From the NCBI GenBank assembly GCA_944358705.1, contig CALVRR010000003.1:1106-65105 (forward strand): a stretch of DNA of 64,000 nt, read 5' to 3'. Made by a program: the position numbers and the translations under genes. This stretch comes from an uncultured Bacilli bacterium. GTDB taxonomy: Bacteria > Bacillota_I > Bacilli_A > RF39 > UBA660. Under the pieces are notes generated by a model. The model was not told the origin of the DNA and ran no database searches. It saw only the letters and a list, made by a program, of their open reading frames with translations. Below are positions 9,616 to 19,872 of this stretch, one piece after another (position 1 is the first letter of the stretch; each line of letters begins with the position of its first letter).

Positions 9616-10071
9616 TCATTTATTTCGAACTAAATCAATAATTGGGAAAATTAGTTGATAAATAAGTATTATTAAATAGATTTCCTCAACGGGAAAATTA
9701 GAAATATAACCCCAGTTTACTTTTAAAAGCATTGTAAATATTATTGCTATGAATTCAATAATGATAAATATGCAAAATAGAATAATAAAGATGATTATAT
9801 ACTTCTTATTGTTTTGATGAAGATTTTTTAAATCCTGTTTTAAATATTCTTGCCAGAAAAAAGTATAAGATAATATAAAAATTGATATACATATTATAAA
9901 TATTAAAATATTTATTTCATATATACCTTTACTAAATAAACCTTCACTTATCCCTGCTTTTTTAGTATTGAAAAATGATAAATTAAATATTATAAAACTA
10001 ATTATATTAAATATTAACATATGGAGAATTGTCTTAAAAACAATTTTTATTCCTTCTTTTTGCTTTAACAT
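9616..10071 (-). CDS. Hypothetical integral membrane protein
   Basis: 151 aa with four hydrophobic helices and an AAAGGAG RBS. Confidence 0.55.
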   Translation of the reverse strand: MLKQKEGIKIVFKTILHMLIFNIISFIIFNLSFFNTKKAGISEGLFSKGIYEINILIFIICISIFILSYTFFWQEYLKQDLKNLHQNNKKYIIIFIILFCIFIIIEFIAIIFTMLLKVNWGYISNFPVEEIYLIILIYQLIFPIIDLVRNK

Positions 10072-10082
10072 ATTTTCTCCTT

Positions 10083-11819
10083 TTATACTTGTAGGTCTTT
10101 TTCATATAAGTTTTTATAAAACTCTGATGTTTTTAATAATTTTTTATGTGTTCCTTCGGCAATGATTTTTCCATCATCTACGACAAATATTTTATCACAA
10201 TCAATTACTGTAGATAATCTATGAGCAACAATCAATATTGTATATTCTCCTTGTAAGTTAGCAATGGCTTTTTGTATTTCGCTTTGAGTTTCATTATCTA
10301 GCGCACTAGTTGCTTCATCAAATAAAATGATTTCTGTTTCTGTTAATAGAGCTCTAGCAATCGCTAGTCGTTGTTTTTGACCTCCAGATAAGATTACCCC
10401 GTTTTCTCCTACTAGGGTATCATATTGTTCTGGTAAAGACATAATGTATTCATCAATGCATGCCAATTTACAAGCGTTTCTAATTTCTTCCATCGTAGCG
10501 TTACTTTTTGCAAGTTTTAGATTTTCTTTTATAGTAAAATTAAAAATATATGGATTTTGTGTAATGATTGACATATTATTTCTTATCGTATTACGATTTA
10601 AATCATTAATATTATTATGATCTAATTCTATTTTTCCAGAATCAATATGATATAGTCTAGAGATTAAATTAAATATTGTTGTTTTTCCAGAGCCACTTTT
10701 TCCAACAAATGCTACCTTTTTGTTTGGCTCTATTTCGAATGACATATTTTTAATAATCTTATTATCTGGTTGATAAGAGAAATTTACGTTTTCAAATTTA
10801 ATATTTCCATTTAATTTTTTTATTTCTTTTGTACCAAATTTTTCTTTTTCAAAAGTATTGTCTTCTATTACCTCGTAGATTCTATCTGAAGCTACTGTAA
10901 ATTTTTTGTTATATTCTAATAGTTGAGCAATACCCATTAGTAGATTCTTTACTTTTGTTTGATAATTATAAATAATTACAAATGTTGGTATTGTTAATAA
11001 GTTTTTACTATATAAGAAGCATCCAAGGATGATGAAAAGGAAGTCTGTAATTGCTCTCATATTATTTTCAAAATAGGTGTAAAGGCCTCTAATACGTAAT
11101 GCTTTTACTTCTTCGTTTGATGTTTCTATGATTCTTTTTGATGTTTGATTTAAGATTGTATTTGAGGCATTTAATGCTTTAATATCTCTAATTTCCCTTA
11201 CTAGTTCACTGGTAAGTCCTGTTTTCTTTTCTTGTAGTTTCTTTACTTTTCTTTCTACTTGATATTGTTTATTAAGACGTTTTTGCATTATTAAGAATAT
11301 ACTTAAGGAAGTGATTATTGCATAGATAAATAAATATTTATTTAATATTAATATGGTAACTAATACTCCTATGTTTGATATTACATAAGAGGTCCAGTAA
11401 GTATATTCCATAAACATGGCGGAAATGTCCTGGGTATCTTTGTTTAATCTATCAATAAATAGGCCAGATCCTGCTTTATCTATTTCTTTTACTTCTAATT
11501 TTAGTGTTTCTCTAGCAATGGCTATTTGTAAATTTACTAATGTTTTCTGATATATTTTTTGATATAAGAAAAATTTAAAATAATACATAATATATAAAAC
11601 AATTTCTATTCCAAAAACTGCTAGTGCCGATAGAATTAATTGGTTGATTGCTTTATCTGTGATATCTAGAATAATTTGTGCGGTAAATAATGGAATAATT
11701 GCTCCAATAATTCCTTCGATAACACTTACTGTTGCATATCCTATTAAATTCTTTTTACATCCTTTTATATAGTGCCATGTTTTCTTTATATTTTTCCATA
11801 AATTGGACTTTTTCTTCAT
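10083..11819 (-). CDS. ABC exporter, fused permease/ATPase (type I, MsbA/LmrA-like)
   Basis: Six-TM N-terminal half, then GKSGSGKTT (Walker A), LSGGQKQRLAIARAL (signature) and ILFDEATSALD (Walker B). Start taken at MKKKSNLW after GGAGGAAG. Confidence 0.85.
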   Translation of the reverse strand: MKKKSNLWKNIKKTWHYIKGCKKNLIGYATVSVIEGIIGAIIPLFTAQIILDITDKAINQLILSALAVFGIEIVLYIMYYFKFFLYQKIYQKTLVNLQIAIARETLKLEVKEIDKAGSGLFIDRLNKDTQDISAMFMEYTYWTSYVISNIGVLVTILILNKYLFIYAIITSLSIFLIMQKRLNKQYQVERKVKKLQEKKTGLTSELVREIRDIKALNASNTILNQTSKRIIETSNEEVKALRIRGLYTYFENNMRAITDFLFIILGCFLYSKNLLTIPTFVIIYNYQTKVKNLLMGIAQLLEYNKKFTVASDRIYEVIEDNTFEKEKFGTKEIKKLNGNIKFENVNFSYQPDNKIIKNMSFEIEPNKKVAFVGKSGSGKTTIFNLISRLYHIDSGKIELDHNNINDLNRNTIRNNMSIITQNPYIFNFTIKENLKLAKSNATMEEIRNACKLACIDEYIMSLPEQYDTLVGENGVILSGGQKQRLAIARALLTETEIILFDEATSALDNETQSEIQKAIANLQGEYTILIVAHRLSTVIDCDKIFVVDDGKIIAEGTHKKLLKTSEFYKNLYEKDLQV

Positions 11820-11857
11820 ACTACTTCCTCCAAAACATTTCCATTGTAGCATATTTT

Positions 11858-13606
11858 CTATTCTTTTTCTATTAATTGGAATAGTAAATCGATATCTTTT
11901 TGTAGTATTTGAAAGCCTTGGTCGATTATTTTTGAATCAGAAAAATCGATATGTAGAAGTTTTATTAACTCTAGTGAATAATTACTACTACCACTAGATA
12001 AGAAATTAATATATTCTTCTTTGGTTAAGGCGCTGTCATAGAAAATTGAATTTACTACAGTACTTGCCATTAATAATCCAGTTGCGTATTTGTAAGGGTA
12101 ATAACAAAAACGATATAAGTGTCCTATCTTTGCCCAACTAATACTTTCTACATCATCATATTTTATATCTTCTCCATAATATTTTTTTATTACATTTATA
12201 TATCTATTTGATAATATATCTGTAGATAGATTCTTTTTTTCTTTTATACTATATAATTCTTGTTCTAGTTCTGTATACATGGTTTGTTTAAAGACAGAAG
12301 TAATATAGTTTTCTATTTCTTTACTTAAATAAAATATTTTTTCTTCTTTTGTTTTGGCGTTTTCTAATAGGTAATGATTTAGTAATATTTCGTTTACAAT
12401 AGATGCTATTTCACCGATAAATATCGTACTATCTTCATAAAAGTAAGTTTGTTTTTTCATAGAAAAGTAATAATTTACGATGTGTCCTAATTCATGAATT
12501 AAGTTTTTTATATCTATATAGGATCCTTTAAAATTTAAGAAGGAATAAGTGTGCCAAGAAAAGATTAGTCCTTGATACTTATTTTCTTCTACCTCAGCGT
12601 CAATATGTCCGTCTAATAGTATATCAACTACTTTTAAATATTCTTTTCCTAACGGTTTTAAAGCTTCTTTTATGATATCTATACTTTCTTCTAATGTATA
12701 TTTTTTTGTTGTTTTAAAGTCTAATGGAACATTTAAATCGTATAGATGAGGAGATTTTTCATTTAAAAGAGAAGTTTTTATTTTAAAATACTTTTGGATA
12801 AGAGGAATGTTTTTATTTACAGAATTAATTAATGTGTTAATTACTTGTTTATCGATATTTTCTTCAAATAATTCTTGCTCTAAAACAGAAGAATAATTTT
12901 TAATTTTGGCATTTTCTATTCTATATTGATAAATTGTATCTAAGATGTCAGCAAACGCTTCTTTTTTCTCTTGATAGGTTTCATTAATACTTAGATATGC
13001 CTCTTTTCTTGTGTTTTTATCTCTTGATTGTAAGTATTTAACATAGTTTATTGGTGTTAATTCTATTTTCTTATTATTAATTATTATCTCTTTATATTTC
13101 ATATTTTGAATGAAAGAATTGTAGTCGGTAATTTTTTTGTTGATGCTATTGTTATTTTCTTTTACGATTTTATTTTTTTCTTCTGGAATATTATGTTCTT
13201 GCATACGGAATAAGTTTTTTAAATAAAACTCATGTTTTTTTAATGGTTCTAGTTTCTTTAAGCATTCTATTACTTTTTCTTTTCCAAGCTTTAATATTTT
13301 TTCATCTATCCATTGTAATTTTAAATCCACTTCATTATTAAACTCTTCTACTTTTGTTTTCAGAATAAGTGTATTGTTATCATTTACATTTTTATAATAC
13401 CTAAGAGAGCCATATATTAGTATTTTGTTACTTTCTTCTTTTATTTGTTCTTTTTCTTCTAGTAATTTTAATAAAAGAGTTGCATTTAAATCTTTATTTT
13501 TCTCTTGATTTAGAGTATGAAGTCTTTGGTTGATTTTTTCTATTTTTTTATCCAATGTTTTTTCATCTTTGATTAATGTTGTTAAATCCCAGTATAATTT
13601 TTTCAT
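11858..13606 (-). CDS. pepF: M3B oligoendopeptidase F-like metallopeptidase
   Basis: 582 aa. HELGHIV (HExxH) is followed by FIGEIASIVNE, the downstream Glu ligand region typical of PepF. Confidence 0.75.
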   Translation of the reverse strand: MKKLYWDLTTLIKDEKTLDKKIEKINQRLHTLNQEKNKDLNATLLLKLLEEKEQIKEESNKILIYGSLRYYKNVNDNNTLILKTKVEEFNNEVDLKLQWIDEKILKLGKEKVIECLKKLEPLKKHEFYLKNLFRMQEHNIPEEKNKIVKENNNSINKKITDYNSFIQNMKYKEIIINNKKIELTPINYVKYLQSRDKNTRKEAYLSINETYQEKKEAFADILDTIYQYRIENAKIKNYSSVLEQELFEENIDKQVINTLINSVNKNIPLIQKYFKIKTSLLNEKSPHLYDLNVPLDFKTTKKYTLEESIDIIKEALKPLGKEYLKVVDILLDGHIDAEVEENKYQGLIFSWHTYSFLNFKGSYIDIKNLIHELGHIVNYYFSMKKQTYFYEDSTIFIGEIASIVNEILLNHYLLENAKTKEEKIFYLSKEIENYITSVFKQTMYTELEQELYSIKEKKNLSTDILSNRYINVIKKYYGEDIKYDDVESISWAKIGHLYRFCYYPYKYATGLLMASTVVNSIFYDSALTKEEYINFLSSGSSNYSLELIKLLHIDFSDSKIIDQGFQILQKDIDLLFQLIEKE

Positions 13607-13812
13607 TTTTTCTCCTAAAAACTTTATTTTTACTAATTTTGGTTATTTATCGTATTTTTTCTGTTCTTTCTTTTGTCATATTGTTCTTCTTTTTATTATA
13701 ACACTATATTATTTTTTCTTATATCTTCTTGTATTAATTTTTAATTTTAAATAGGAGTTTTATCATCTACGAGTAGTACTTGTTCTTTTCCTTGTATAAT
13801 ATCTTTTTTATT

Positions 13813-15057
13813 TTATCCAATTCTATTTTTATTGATTTTTTGAAGTTTTTTTTGATTGAATTCTTTTGTATATTTTTGAAATGTTGGATAAGATAAGTCT
13901 AATATAATATTTCGTAATATATCTTCGCATTTTTGATAGGTGGAAAGAAATTGTTCTTCAATTGGTAAACACTCTCTTTTTTTTACATCTTGTTCAATGG
14001 TTGCTATTACGGTTCTTATACTTTCTTCTGGTACTTTGTCTGTTACTAATGGAATCAAGCCTAACATGTAATCTTGATAAGTTTTTATTCTTGCTTGTTC
14101 ATCTTTTTTTCTCTCTTGCATAAAATATGGTGTTTCGGAATGCAATATTCCAGGAACTTCTATCATTTCCTTACAGTGTTCTTTTCGCCATTTTATAATT
14201 TCTGGTGGAAGATTTCGATAAGATTGATGTAGATATGTTTGACTTACCTCTTCTATTAACTTTTGAAAATCCTCTATATATTGTTCGTCTGTTATTTCCT
14301 TCTTATCTACAAAATAATATTCTGGTTCTAATCTAGTTTGATCCACAGAATGCTGTGGTAGTACACCTAAAGACAATAAAACAATGTCAGTTGCAGTAGA
14401 AGCATTGTCATTAAAAAGAAATACTTTTCTATCTCCTATATTTTCTATAGTACTAGAATCTAATGTTTGATATAACGATTCATTTATAATTAAAATGGCA
14501 TCCTCATCTATTTTCATTTCACTATCATGTAAATCAAAAAATGTGTCAACAGGATTTATTAGGACAAGTCTTGAATCAGTAATTCTATTTTTTAGTGGTT
14601 CCATGATAATAAAATCACCATTATCAAAAATATGGTTGTTGCTGCAAAAGTTATATACGTTCGATGCTAAACCGTTTATAGAGAAATGTTTTGTATCTCG
14701 GTACCAGTAAGATACTAGTTTATTTTTTTCGATACTATTTTGTTCTACTTCACCACCGAAATCAATATTTTCATATCCTTTCATGTTAAATTCTTTTAAG
14801 CCAAGAATAAAATAAAAAGGATTTCTGATAAGGTGATAACAATTTCTATGATCTATAGGAAAGTATGTCATATTCCTGGGAATATTTTTTTCTTTGGTAA
14901 TTCGAATTAGATATAAGTCATCCATGGTTAAAGGTTTAGGATTGACATTTTTTTCATGAATAATATATTTTTTTATTATTTTTATATCCTCTTTTGAAAA
15001 TGTAATTTTATAGGTATTCTTTTTTACTGTAGATATATATTGATCAATAAATGCCAT
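13813..15057 (-). CDS. Hypothetical protein
   Basis: 414-aa clean ORF with a GGAG RBS. No motif recognised. Confidence 0.55.
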   Translation of the reverse strand: MAFIDQYISTVKKNTYKITFSKEDIKIIKKYIIHEKNVNPKPLTMDDLYLIRITKEKNIPRNMTYFPIDHRNCYHLIRNPFYFILGLKEFNMKGYENIDFGGEVEQNSIEKNKLVSYWYRDTKHFSINGLASNVYNFCSNNHIFDNGDFIIMEPLKNRITDSRLVLINPVDTFFDLHDSEMKIDEDAILIINESLYQTLDSSTIENIGDRKVFLFNDNASTATDIVLLSLGVLPQHSVDQTRLEPEYYFVDKKEITDEQYIEDFQKLIEEVSQTYLHQSYRNLPPEIIKWRKEHCKEMIEVPGILHSETPYFMQERKKDEQARIKTYQDYMLGLIPLVTDKVPEESIRTVIATIEQDVKKRECLPIEEQFLSTYQKCEDILRNIILDLSYPTFQKYTKEFNQKKLQKINKNRIG

Positions 15058-15172
15058 TTTTTTCTCCTTTTTTATTGCTGTTTTTTTTGTTTATTAGTTT
15101 AATCCTTTTTTCTTTTTGTTTCAAGAAAAAACACCAAATTGTTGGTTTTTGGTGTTATATTATTTTTATTTT

Positions 15173-15697
15173 TTATTCATTTGTTTTACATTCGTATGTT
15201 TTTTGTGAACATTTTATATTTTTATCTTTTCCTTCTATGTATATATATCCATTTTTTATATCTACAATCGAAGCGTTATATACAACTATTTGTGAGGATA
15301 AATCCTTCTTTGTTGTTTCTTCACCTTTTAACGTATATTCGTATACGGTTCCTCCAGAACATCTGATGATATATAATTTATTATTATAAAAATAGTTGTA
15401 TTTTTCCGATTTATAATCAGCCGAATTATTGCAAGAACTAAACGAGTCAATTAATATATAATCATTTTCTCCTACTTCATAGAAAAGACCGTTAATAATT
15501 TCCTCACTATTTTTCGGTGTAATGTCAGTTACGATATATGTTTCTTTTTGGTTATTATCATTGTAAAAAGAATAACTCATTGATGATGTATCCTTGTTTA
15601 ATAAATCATAATGCTCAAATCCTTCATATTTATCTTGTTTATTACATCCACAAAGACATAAAAGGCATATTATTGCTGGAATTAAAAACTTTTTCAT
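15173..15697 (-). CDS. Lipoprotein, function unknown
   Basis: MKKFLIPAIICLLCLCGCNK: signal peptide with an L-C-G-C lipobox. Confidence 0.7.
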   Translation of the reverse strand: MKKFLIPAIICLLCLCGCNKQDKYEGFEHYDLLNKDTSSMSYSFYNDNNQKETYIVTDITPKNSEEIINGLFYEVGENDYILIDSFSSCNNSADYKSEKYNYFYNNKLYIIRCSGGTVYEYTLKGEETTKKDLSSQIVVYNASIVDIKNGYIYIEGKDKNIKCSQKTYECKTNE

Positions 15698-15734
15698 ATT
15701 CTCACCTATTGGATTTTTTTATTATCTATATATT

Positions 15735-16121
15735 TTATACTGTGCTGTTTCTTTTTATCCTCATTTTTCCCTTCTTATTTAGATTTAGAGTTTCAAAAAA
15801 GATATTTAACATTTGGTCAGGGTCTGAAACCATTTCCATTTTTTCATAATAGGAAACTAAATGTTTAATAGCACCCTCTACTTGGTGAAATTCTTGATAA
15901 CCAAATTTAGAAGCTCTATCTACCGTGTAAAACTTATATGTTGCTTTATTATCTTCAATTTTTTCTTCAAGGCATACTTCTCCCATACCATAATTAAGCT
16001 CTTCTCCTAAATGAGGCAAAATATATATTTCGGTTTCTTCTGTTAATCTTTTATAAATTGTGTTGGTATTTTCTGTAGTAAAATATCTTTCTTGGGTTGC
16101 TCTTTCTGATATTTTATTCAT
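15735..16121 (-). CDS. Hypothetical protein
   Basis: 128 aa with an AAGGAG RBS. No motif recognised. Confidence 0.5.
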   Translation of the reverse strand: MNKISERATQERYFTTENTNTIYKRLTEETEIYILPHLGEELNYGMGEVCLEEKIEDNKATYKFYTVDRASKFGYQEFHQVEGAIKHLVSYYEKMEMVSDPDQMLNIFFETLNLNKKGKMRIKRNSTV

Positions 16122-16212
16122 AGAACATTCTCCTTTCTTTGGTGTTATATTAACACAAAGAGTAATAAATTACAATGAGTGTTTATTATGGGATATAAGA
16201 CTATTAATTTTT

Positions 16213-17706
16213 TTAATTATGTACTTTCTTTTTTTGTTTTTTTTCAAAGGCTTTTTCAATTCCTAAATATTTTGTTGCATTTTCGATATTAAAATTTATT
16301 AAGTTTTCGGTTATAAAAATCATTTTTTCTGGTATATTTGAATCTTCTTTTTCTAATAGGGAATCTGCTAGATAACTATCTATTAGATATTGATATCCAT
16401 TTATGACTAGTAAACCATATTGTACAATTCCTGATATATAGGTATCACATTTTTTTGCTACAGTTTCTTCGTATGTTTCCTTTTGGACTACTGGAAAATC
16501 TAATTCTGTTAGTGGTTTTCCGTTCTCTTTAAAACATTCTTCTAAAATACTTCTTGCTTGTTGTACTGCTTCGGTTGTCTTTCTTAATAGATTTACTTTA
16601 TCCTCCATTTTTATTGGCCCTTTATTATTAAATCTACAGATATCAATAAAAAACTCTATTAAGTTTTTATAAATATCTAGGTTTCCTTCGTTTCTATCTC
16701 TTACTACTTCATTTATTATGTTTTCATCATATCCTATATTAATTAAATAAAGTGCCGCTACTCTTTCATAATAGATAGGAGGAAACTCTATTATAGAAAA
16801 TAGTGGAATTCCTTTTTGATAAGATATGTAATGTGTAAATTCATGAACTAAATTAATAAATGTATTTATTGTGCCGTCGTTGGATACTTTTATTTTTCTT
16901 ATTCCGTCTTCATCCACAAAAACTTTAGAATTGTTAATGTTTCCTTCTTCCTCTTCATAGATTATTCTATTTTCTGCTTTTAGAGTTGTATATATTTTTT
17001 TCCATTCTTTTGGTGCTTTAATTTCTTCTAAAAATCCTAAAAATAGTGTTTCTAGTTTACTTGCAGAAAGTGTTTCCATAGGAAAGCTGGATTTGGGTCT
17101 AGAAATAATGTAGTCTAAATTTTTTTCAGTCATTTTAGAAACGATTTTATCGATATTGTTATAGAAGGAAAAATCATATTCTTTTAAAAAGTTAGAGGCA
17201 ATTTCTAATAGATAATTGTATGTTTTGAATCTTTGGGTTTCTTTTAACCAATGAAAGATGGTTTCTTTATTATCTCGGTATTTTAGGAAATGAGATAATT
17301 CATCAAAGTCTTTTTCTTTATCAAAATATTTGCAACTGATTAAAAACCATAGAGTATCTTCTGTTATATTTTCATTTAATGGTACTAATGTCATCTCTCT
17401 TTCTTGTTGTTGCCTTATTAGTAGTTGAATATATAGAGCTGGTAATAAGTCTGGAATTTCTAGAGAGGATGCGAAGTCTTTGTCGTTTAAAAATGTTTTT
17501 AGACGATTATCAAAGAATTCGTCAAAAGCTGAGACGTTTATAGTATTTTCTTGATGATAATCCTTCTTATTTGTAAGATAAATTGTGGTGTTTTTATAAT
17601 CTGCAAATAACAATTGGTTTAATTCTATGATTTTTGCAATTCTATTTATATCTGTTATAGTATCATCATATTGTATTTTTAATTCGTTAATATTTATTGT
17701 ATTCAT
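16213..17706 (-). CDS. Hypothetical HExxH metallopeptidase-like protein (distant M3/PepF-like)
   Basis: LVHEFTHYISYQKGIPLFSIIEFPPIYYE has HExxH plus a downstream Glu in M3-like spacing. Start chosen at MNTININ (GAAAGGAA RBS), 21 codons inside the track ORF. Confidence 0.5.
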   Translation of the reverse strand: MNTININELKIQYDDTITDINRIAKIIELNQLLFADYKNTTIYLTNKKDYHQENTINVSAFDEFFDNRLKTFLNDKDFASSLEIPDLLPALYIQLLIRQQQEREMTLVPLNENITEDTLWFLISCKYFDKEKDFDELSHFLKYRDNKETIFHWLKETQRFKTYNYLLEIASNFLKEYDFSFYNNIDKIVSKMTEKNLDYIISRPKSSFPMETLSASKLETLFLGFLEEIKAPKEWKKIYTTLKAENRIIYEEEEGNINNSKVFVDEDGIRKIKVSNDGTINTFINLVHEFTHYISYQKGIPLFSIIEFPPIYYERVAALYLINIGYDENIINEVVRDRNEGNLDIYKNLIEFFIDICRFNNKGPIKMEDKVNLLRKTTEAVQQARSILEECFKENGKPLTELDFPVVQKETYEETVAKKCDTYISGIVQYGLLVINGYQYLIDSYLADSLLEKEDSNIPEKMIFITENLINFNIENATKYLGIEKAFEKKQKKKVHN

Positions 17707-18069
17707 AGTAGTTCCTTTCTGTTTTCTTATTATACTTCTTTTTTTAGTTTTTTCAATATTAAAAACCAATCCTTTTTATGGATTGATTTTTATTTTGTAT
17801 TATGAATTTCAGATATTTTTTTTAATATCATATCTACACAGTTATCAAATATTTTATCTAATTCATTTTTACTATATAATTTATAATTATGAGAAAAGAT
17901 TAATTCATTAAATTTTAATTTATTGAACTTAACAAACTTATTATTTAAGTAATTTATTCTATCATCCACTAATTCATCACTAATAAATCCATTTTTTAAA
18001 TACTTGATATTATCTTTTATTATTATACTATTCCTTGGTAAGTCTACTTTATTTTCTTTAAATAAATAC

Positions 18070-19437
18070 TTAGAACATCATTCTTTCTATTATATAATAT
18101 GGAATTTCATCAATATTTATAGTTGTCTGTTCCATTGTATCTCTGTTTCTTAACGTGACAGTGTTGTTTTCTAATGTATTATCGTCAATTGTAATACAAT
18201 AAGGTGTTCCTATCGCATCTTGCCTTCTGTATCTTTTACCAATTGTAGAAGTTTCATCGATAGTGCACATAAAATAACTATTTAGTTTATTGTAAATCTC
18301 ATGTGCTTTCTCGCTATGAATTTTTTTTATCAATGGAAGAACTGCTACTTTAAATGGAGCTAATGCGGGATGAAGTTTTAATACGTCTCTTATACTTCCG
18401 TCATCCAAAATTTCTTTTTTTAAAGCATCACATAAGAATACAAGCATCATTCTTCCTACACCAGCGGCAGTTTCTAAAATATATGGTATATATTTCTCGT
18501 TTGTTTCAGGATCTAAATAACTTAAATCTTTACCTGAAAATTTAGAATGTTGTGTTAAATCATAATTCGTTCTATTATGTATTCCCCATAATTCATCCCA
18601 ACCTGTTGGAAAGTTATATTGGATATCTGTTGCTGCACTTGCATAGAAAACTAATTTGTCATGGTCTTTAAATCTTAAATTTTCTGGATTTACTCCTAAA
18701 TCAGTTAAGAATTTCATTGATTGTTCCTTATTAAAATTAAATATTGCTTCATCTTCTCCAGGCTTACAAAAAGTTTGTAATTCCATTTGTTCAAATTCAA
18801 TAGTTCTAAATAAGAAATTACCAGGTGTTACCTCGTTTCTAAAACTTTTACCAACTTGAGCAATAGTAAATGGTAATTTTTCTCTAGCTGTTCTTAAAAC
18901 ATTTTGAAAATTAATATATTCTCCCTGACAAGTTTCAGGTCTTAAATATATTTCCATTTTTTGGTCACTAATTGTACCTCTATATGTTTTAAACATTAAG
19001 TCAAATTCTCTTAAATCAGTAAAATTACTTTTACCACAATTAGGACACTTAATATTTTCTTTTATATATTTATTCATTTCTTCATAAGTCATTAAATCTG
19101 GATTAACATCTGGAGCAACGGATGAGATAAGGTTGTCAGCTCTATATCTCTTTTTACATTCTTTACAATCAACTTGTGGATCATTAAATGATTTTGCATG
19201 ACCTGAAGCTTCCCAAACTTTAGGATTCATTATAATACCACAATCTATTTCGTAAGAATTATCTCTTTGTTGAACAAATCTTTTTCTCCAACAATCCTTA
19301 ATATTGTTAATCATTCTACTTCCTAAAGGTCCAAAATCCCATGTATTAGCAAAACCACCATAAATTTCACTTCCTGGATAAATAAATCCATATTGTTTAC
19401 AATAACTAGAAACCTGTTCCATTGTTAATTTTTCCAT
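18070..19437 (-). CDS. glyQS: Glycine--tRNA ligase (homodimeric GlyQS type)
   Basis: MEKLTMEQVSSYCKQYGFIYPGSEIYGGFANTWDFGPLG, FRNEVTPGNFLFRTIEFEQMELQ and the GVGRMML class II motifs. The start is the Met after the GAGGAG RBS. Confidence 0.9.
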   Translation of the reverse strand: MEKLTMEQVSSYCKQYGFIYPGSEIYGGFANTWDFGPLGSRMINNIKDCWRKRFVQQRDNSYEIDCGIIMNPKVWEASGHAKSFNDPQVDCKECKKRYRADNLISSVAPDVNPDLMTYEEMNKYIKENIKCPNCGKSNFTDLREFDLMFKTYRGTISDQKMEIYLRPETCQGEYINFQNVLRTAREKLPFTIAQVGKSFRNEVTPGNFLFRTIEFEQMELQTFCKPGEDEAIFNFNKEQSMKFLTDLGVNPENLRFKDHDKLVFYASAATDIQYNFPTGWDELWGIHNRTNYDLTQHSKFSGKDLSYLDPETNEKYIPYILETAAGVGRMMLVFLCDALKKEILDDGSIRDVLKLHPALAPFKVAVLPLIKKIHSEKAHEIYNKLNSYFMCTIDETSTIGKRYRRQDAIGTPYCITIDDNTLENNTVTLRNRDTMEQTTINIDEIPYYIIERMMF

Positions 19438-19460
19438 CTTAATCATCTCCTCATAAAAGC

Positions 19461-19580
19461 AAAAAGAGAACAAATTTGTATGGGCGTATTATAACGCTGT
19501 TCCACCATACTTTGTTCTCTTTGGTTTGTATATAGCTGTTAGGTTGCCAAGCCCGTCATTGCTTTTTAAAAATTAACTAC
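19461..19580 (-). promoter_or_regulatory. T-box-like glycine leader with terminator hairpin
   Basis: Minus strand: AAAGAGAACAAA-GTATGG-TGGAACA-GCG-ttataata-CGC-CCATAC-aaa-TTTGTTCTCTTTTTGC. Helix / 7-nt bulge UGGAACA / helix matches the canonical T-box antiterminator. UGGA would pair with the UCCA end of tRNA-Gly. GGC-A is present upstream (19545-19548). ATGGTGGAACAGCG matches 11 of 14 positions of the T-box consensus AGGGUGGUACCGCG. Confidence 0.6.
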
Positions 19581-19584
19581 TTAA

Positions 19585-19613
19585 ATTATATTTGTTTAGC
19601 GTAATATTGTCAA
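19585..19613 (-). promoter_or_regulatory. Sigma-A promoter of the glyQS leader
   Basis: Minus strand TTGACA (19613-19608), a 17-nt spacer, then TATAAT (19590-19585). Both hexamers are perfect. Confidence 0.65.
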
Positions 19614-19700
19614 GTACTGTAAAATTTATATACGAATTTAAAAGTATATGTTATTTAGTTCAATATTCTTATTTATAAAATATATAGTAATATTTATTTG

Positions 19701-19756
19701 AAATAAAGAGTTCGAACCTTCGTAAAATAAGTTTTGGTTTGATATCAATTTGGCGC
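19701..19756 (-). repeat. Degenerate copy C of the tRNA-Thr 3' end plus downstream sequence (att-like remnant)
   Basis: In tRNA sense: GCGCCAAATTGATATC...GGTTCGAACTCTTTATTTC, versus the authentic GGCACCAGATTGATAGG...CTCGAACTTTTTATTCGAG at 23941-23989. Confidence 0.5.
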
Positions 19757-19872
19757 TTTTTAGGAAGTTATCTACAACTTCTCATAAAATAGAGATTCAT
19801 ACAATATTTGCATTAATTTCTTAATATAAATAACCAAATAAAGTAAAAATTAGTACTAAATTTACGCTACTT

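Noticed and set aside
9552-10084. An identical 23-nt string, GCTTTAACATATTTTCTCCTTTT, at 9552-9574 and 10062-10084.
   Set aside because: Both copies are just the RBS plus the first codons (MLK...) of adjacent genes in AT-rich DNA. There is no further similarity between the genes and no structural context, so it is probably coincidence or a micro-duplication with no evident function.
17790-18066. Open frame of about 90 codons (KENKVDLPRNSIIIKDNIKYLKNGFISDELVDD...ISEIHNTK) directly after the glyQS stop on the minus strand.
   Set aside because: There is no ATG, GTG or TTG near its 5' end (the first in-frame GTG is about 30 codons in), no RBS and no recognisable motif. It may be a gene remnant, but I cannot support it as a CDS.
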